Shown here piece by piece: positions 63,067 through 64,000 of a DNA stretch of 64,000 bases. The stretch is from an uncultured Gemmatimonadales bacterium (GTDB lineage Bacteria > Gemmatimonadota > Gemmatimonadetes > Gemmatimonadales > GWC2-71-9): NCBI GenBank assembly GCA_963788625.1, contig CAWBHB010000004.1, positions 71,358 through 135,357 on the forward strand, written 5' to 3'. Made by a program: the position numbers and the translations under genes. The stretch's first letter is position 1; each line of letters opens with the position of its first letter. The notes beneath the pieces are model-generated. The model was not told where the DNA came from and searched no databases. It worked only from the letters and a program-made list of their open reading frames with translations.

Positions 63067-63223
63067 GAGGGAGTGCTAAGGAGTAGGGAGTAGGGATGGT
63101 AGTCGAGGTAGAGGTGTCAGGAAGTAGAATGTAGAATGCTCGGGAAGGTCGCTTGGAGTGGGGATCGGCGGCCATAGCTTCACGACCGCACCCTACTCCC
63201 CACAACCGACTCCCTACTCCCTC
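63067..63223. repeat. heptamer-armed hairpin (unit GGAGTAG), with internal GTAGAAT tandem
   Basis: gagggagtgctaaggagtagggagtagggatgg (63067-63100) pairs with ccctactccccacaaccgactccctactccctc (63191-223). The loop contains gtagaatgtagaatg. Confidence 0.85.
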
Positions 63224-63230
63224 TCAAAAA

Positions 63231-64000
63231 TTACGCGAGCACCGCTTCCTGCCGACGCTGACGGACCCGCAGGTCCCAGGTTTCGGCGATGACGCCGCCG
63301 AGCAGGAAGACGAGGGCCGTGTAGTAGAGCCAGACCACGAACAGAATCAGGGCGCCGATGTTCGCGTCCACCGAGACCGAGTTGACCAGGGCGAAGCGGA
63401 GATACCAGCTGAAGAGTCGCTTGGCTATCTCGAACAGCACGGCGGTGATCGCCGAGGCGAGCAAAGCCGCTCGCCAGGGCAGCCGCCGGATGCTGGCGTA
63501 CTTGTAGACCACGTAGAACAGGCTCACCGCCAGCAAGAAGGTCAGCAGCTGGGTCAGAGCCTGCCCCAGGCTGGTCACGAAGAAGCCGAGATACGGCATC
63601 GCTTCCGCGGCACGAGCTCCCTCGAGCCTGGAGAACGCCGAGCCCCGCGGCAACAGGGTGTTCCCAGGAGAAGCAGCAAGACGGTCAGAACCATGCCCGC
63701 GTCGCGCAGCTTGCCCGAGAATGTAGGCCAGCAGCGAAGTGCCGCCGGGACGCGTGGACCGAGACGTCGAAGATCTCGTTCAGCGCGGTGCGGATCGCGC
63801 TGAAGAGCCGGGTGCTGAACCAGATGAAGAGCGGGATCGAGTACAGCGAGATGGTCCCGCGGTGCTGGGTGACCCGCACCAGCAGGGCCTCGATCACCTC
63901 AAAGGGATCGTGGCCGGGTCTGGTGTCATGCCCCGGCAGGAAATGTTCCAGGATCGAGTTGAGCTCGCCAGGGGGAGCGGCCGAGCTGAGCCGCGCGGCG
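63231..64000 (-). CDS. YihY/BrkB (virulence factor BrkB / formerly RNase BN) family membrane protein, partial at window edge, frame-broken
   Basis: ORF 63231..63653 (FVVWLYYTALVFLLGGVIAE, typical family C-terminus) plus 63685..63897 (LYSIPLFIWFSTRLFSAIRTALNEIF). It continues beyond 64000. Confidence 0.7.

Noticed and set aside
5061-63223. Could the tandem short repeats be CRISPR arrays?
   Set aside because: The units are 7 nt with no spacers, the two halves of each locus are reverse complements (hairpins), and no cas genes are present.

Overview
GC-rich bacterial chromosomal segment. Signal peptides that repeatedly end in ...AQ, an MglA/MglB pair and arrays of MacB-type permeases suggest a Gemmatimonadota-like or FCB-group soil bacterium, but this is inference only. 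I can support about 56 protein genes and one RNA gene (SRP/4.5S RNA), nearly all core housekeeping. They are: a methionine block (metY, aspartokinase, beta-carbonic anhydrase, metX); a sigma-70 factor; an aldehyde dehydrogenase; two NtrC-type sigma-54 activators; two sensor kinases, one very large; translation and tRNA-modification genes (arfB, tsaC/sua5, mnmA, a cysteine desulfurase); a TolC/MFP/MacB efflux locus with four tandem permeases; bshB1; ppk1; grpE-dnaJ; cinA-pgsA; mglB-mglA; ffs-dnaX-ybaB-recR; an SSS transporter; and an M14 peptidase. I found no tRNA, rRNA, CRISPR array, transposase, integrase or phage gene. Three points stand out. (1) Many intergenic regions are filled by hairpins whose arms are tandem 7-nt repeats. 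The repeat unit differs between loci, but some loci share arms. I do not recognise this as a described element family, and it is my best candidate for something new. (2) A compact sigma-54 circuit is present: a kinase, an NtrC-type regulator and two well-spaced -24/-12 promoters, one driving a small secreted peptidoglycan-binding protein. (3) About half the genes carry frame breaks, clustered in patches and including essential genes. This looks like consensus or assembly error rather than real gene decay, so gene boundaries in those patches are approximate. Long antisense or out-of-frame ORFs in the ORF track are GC-driven artefacts.
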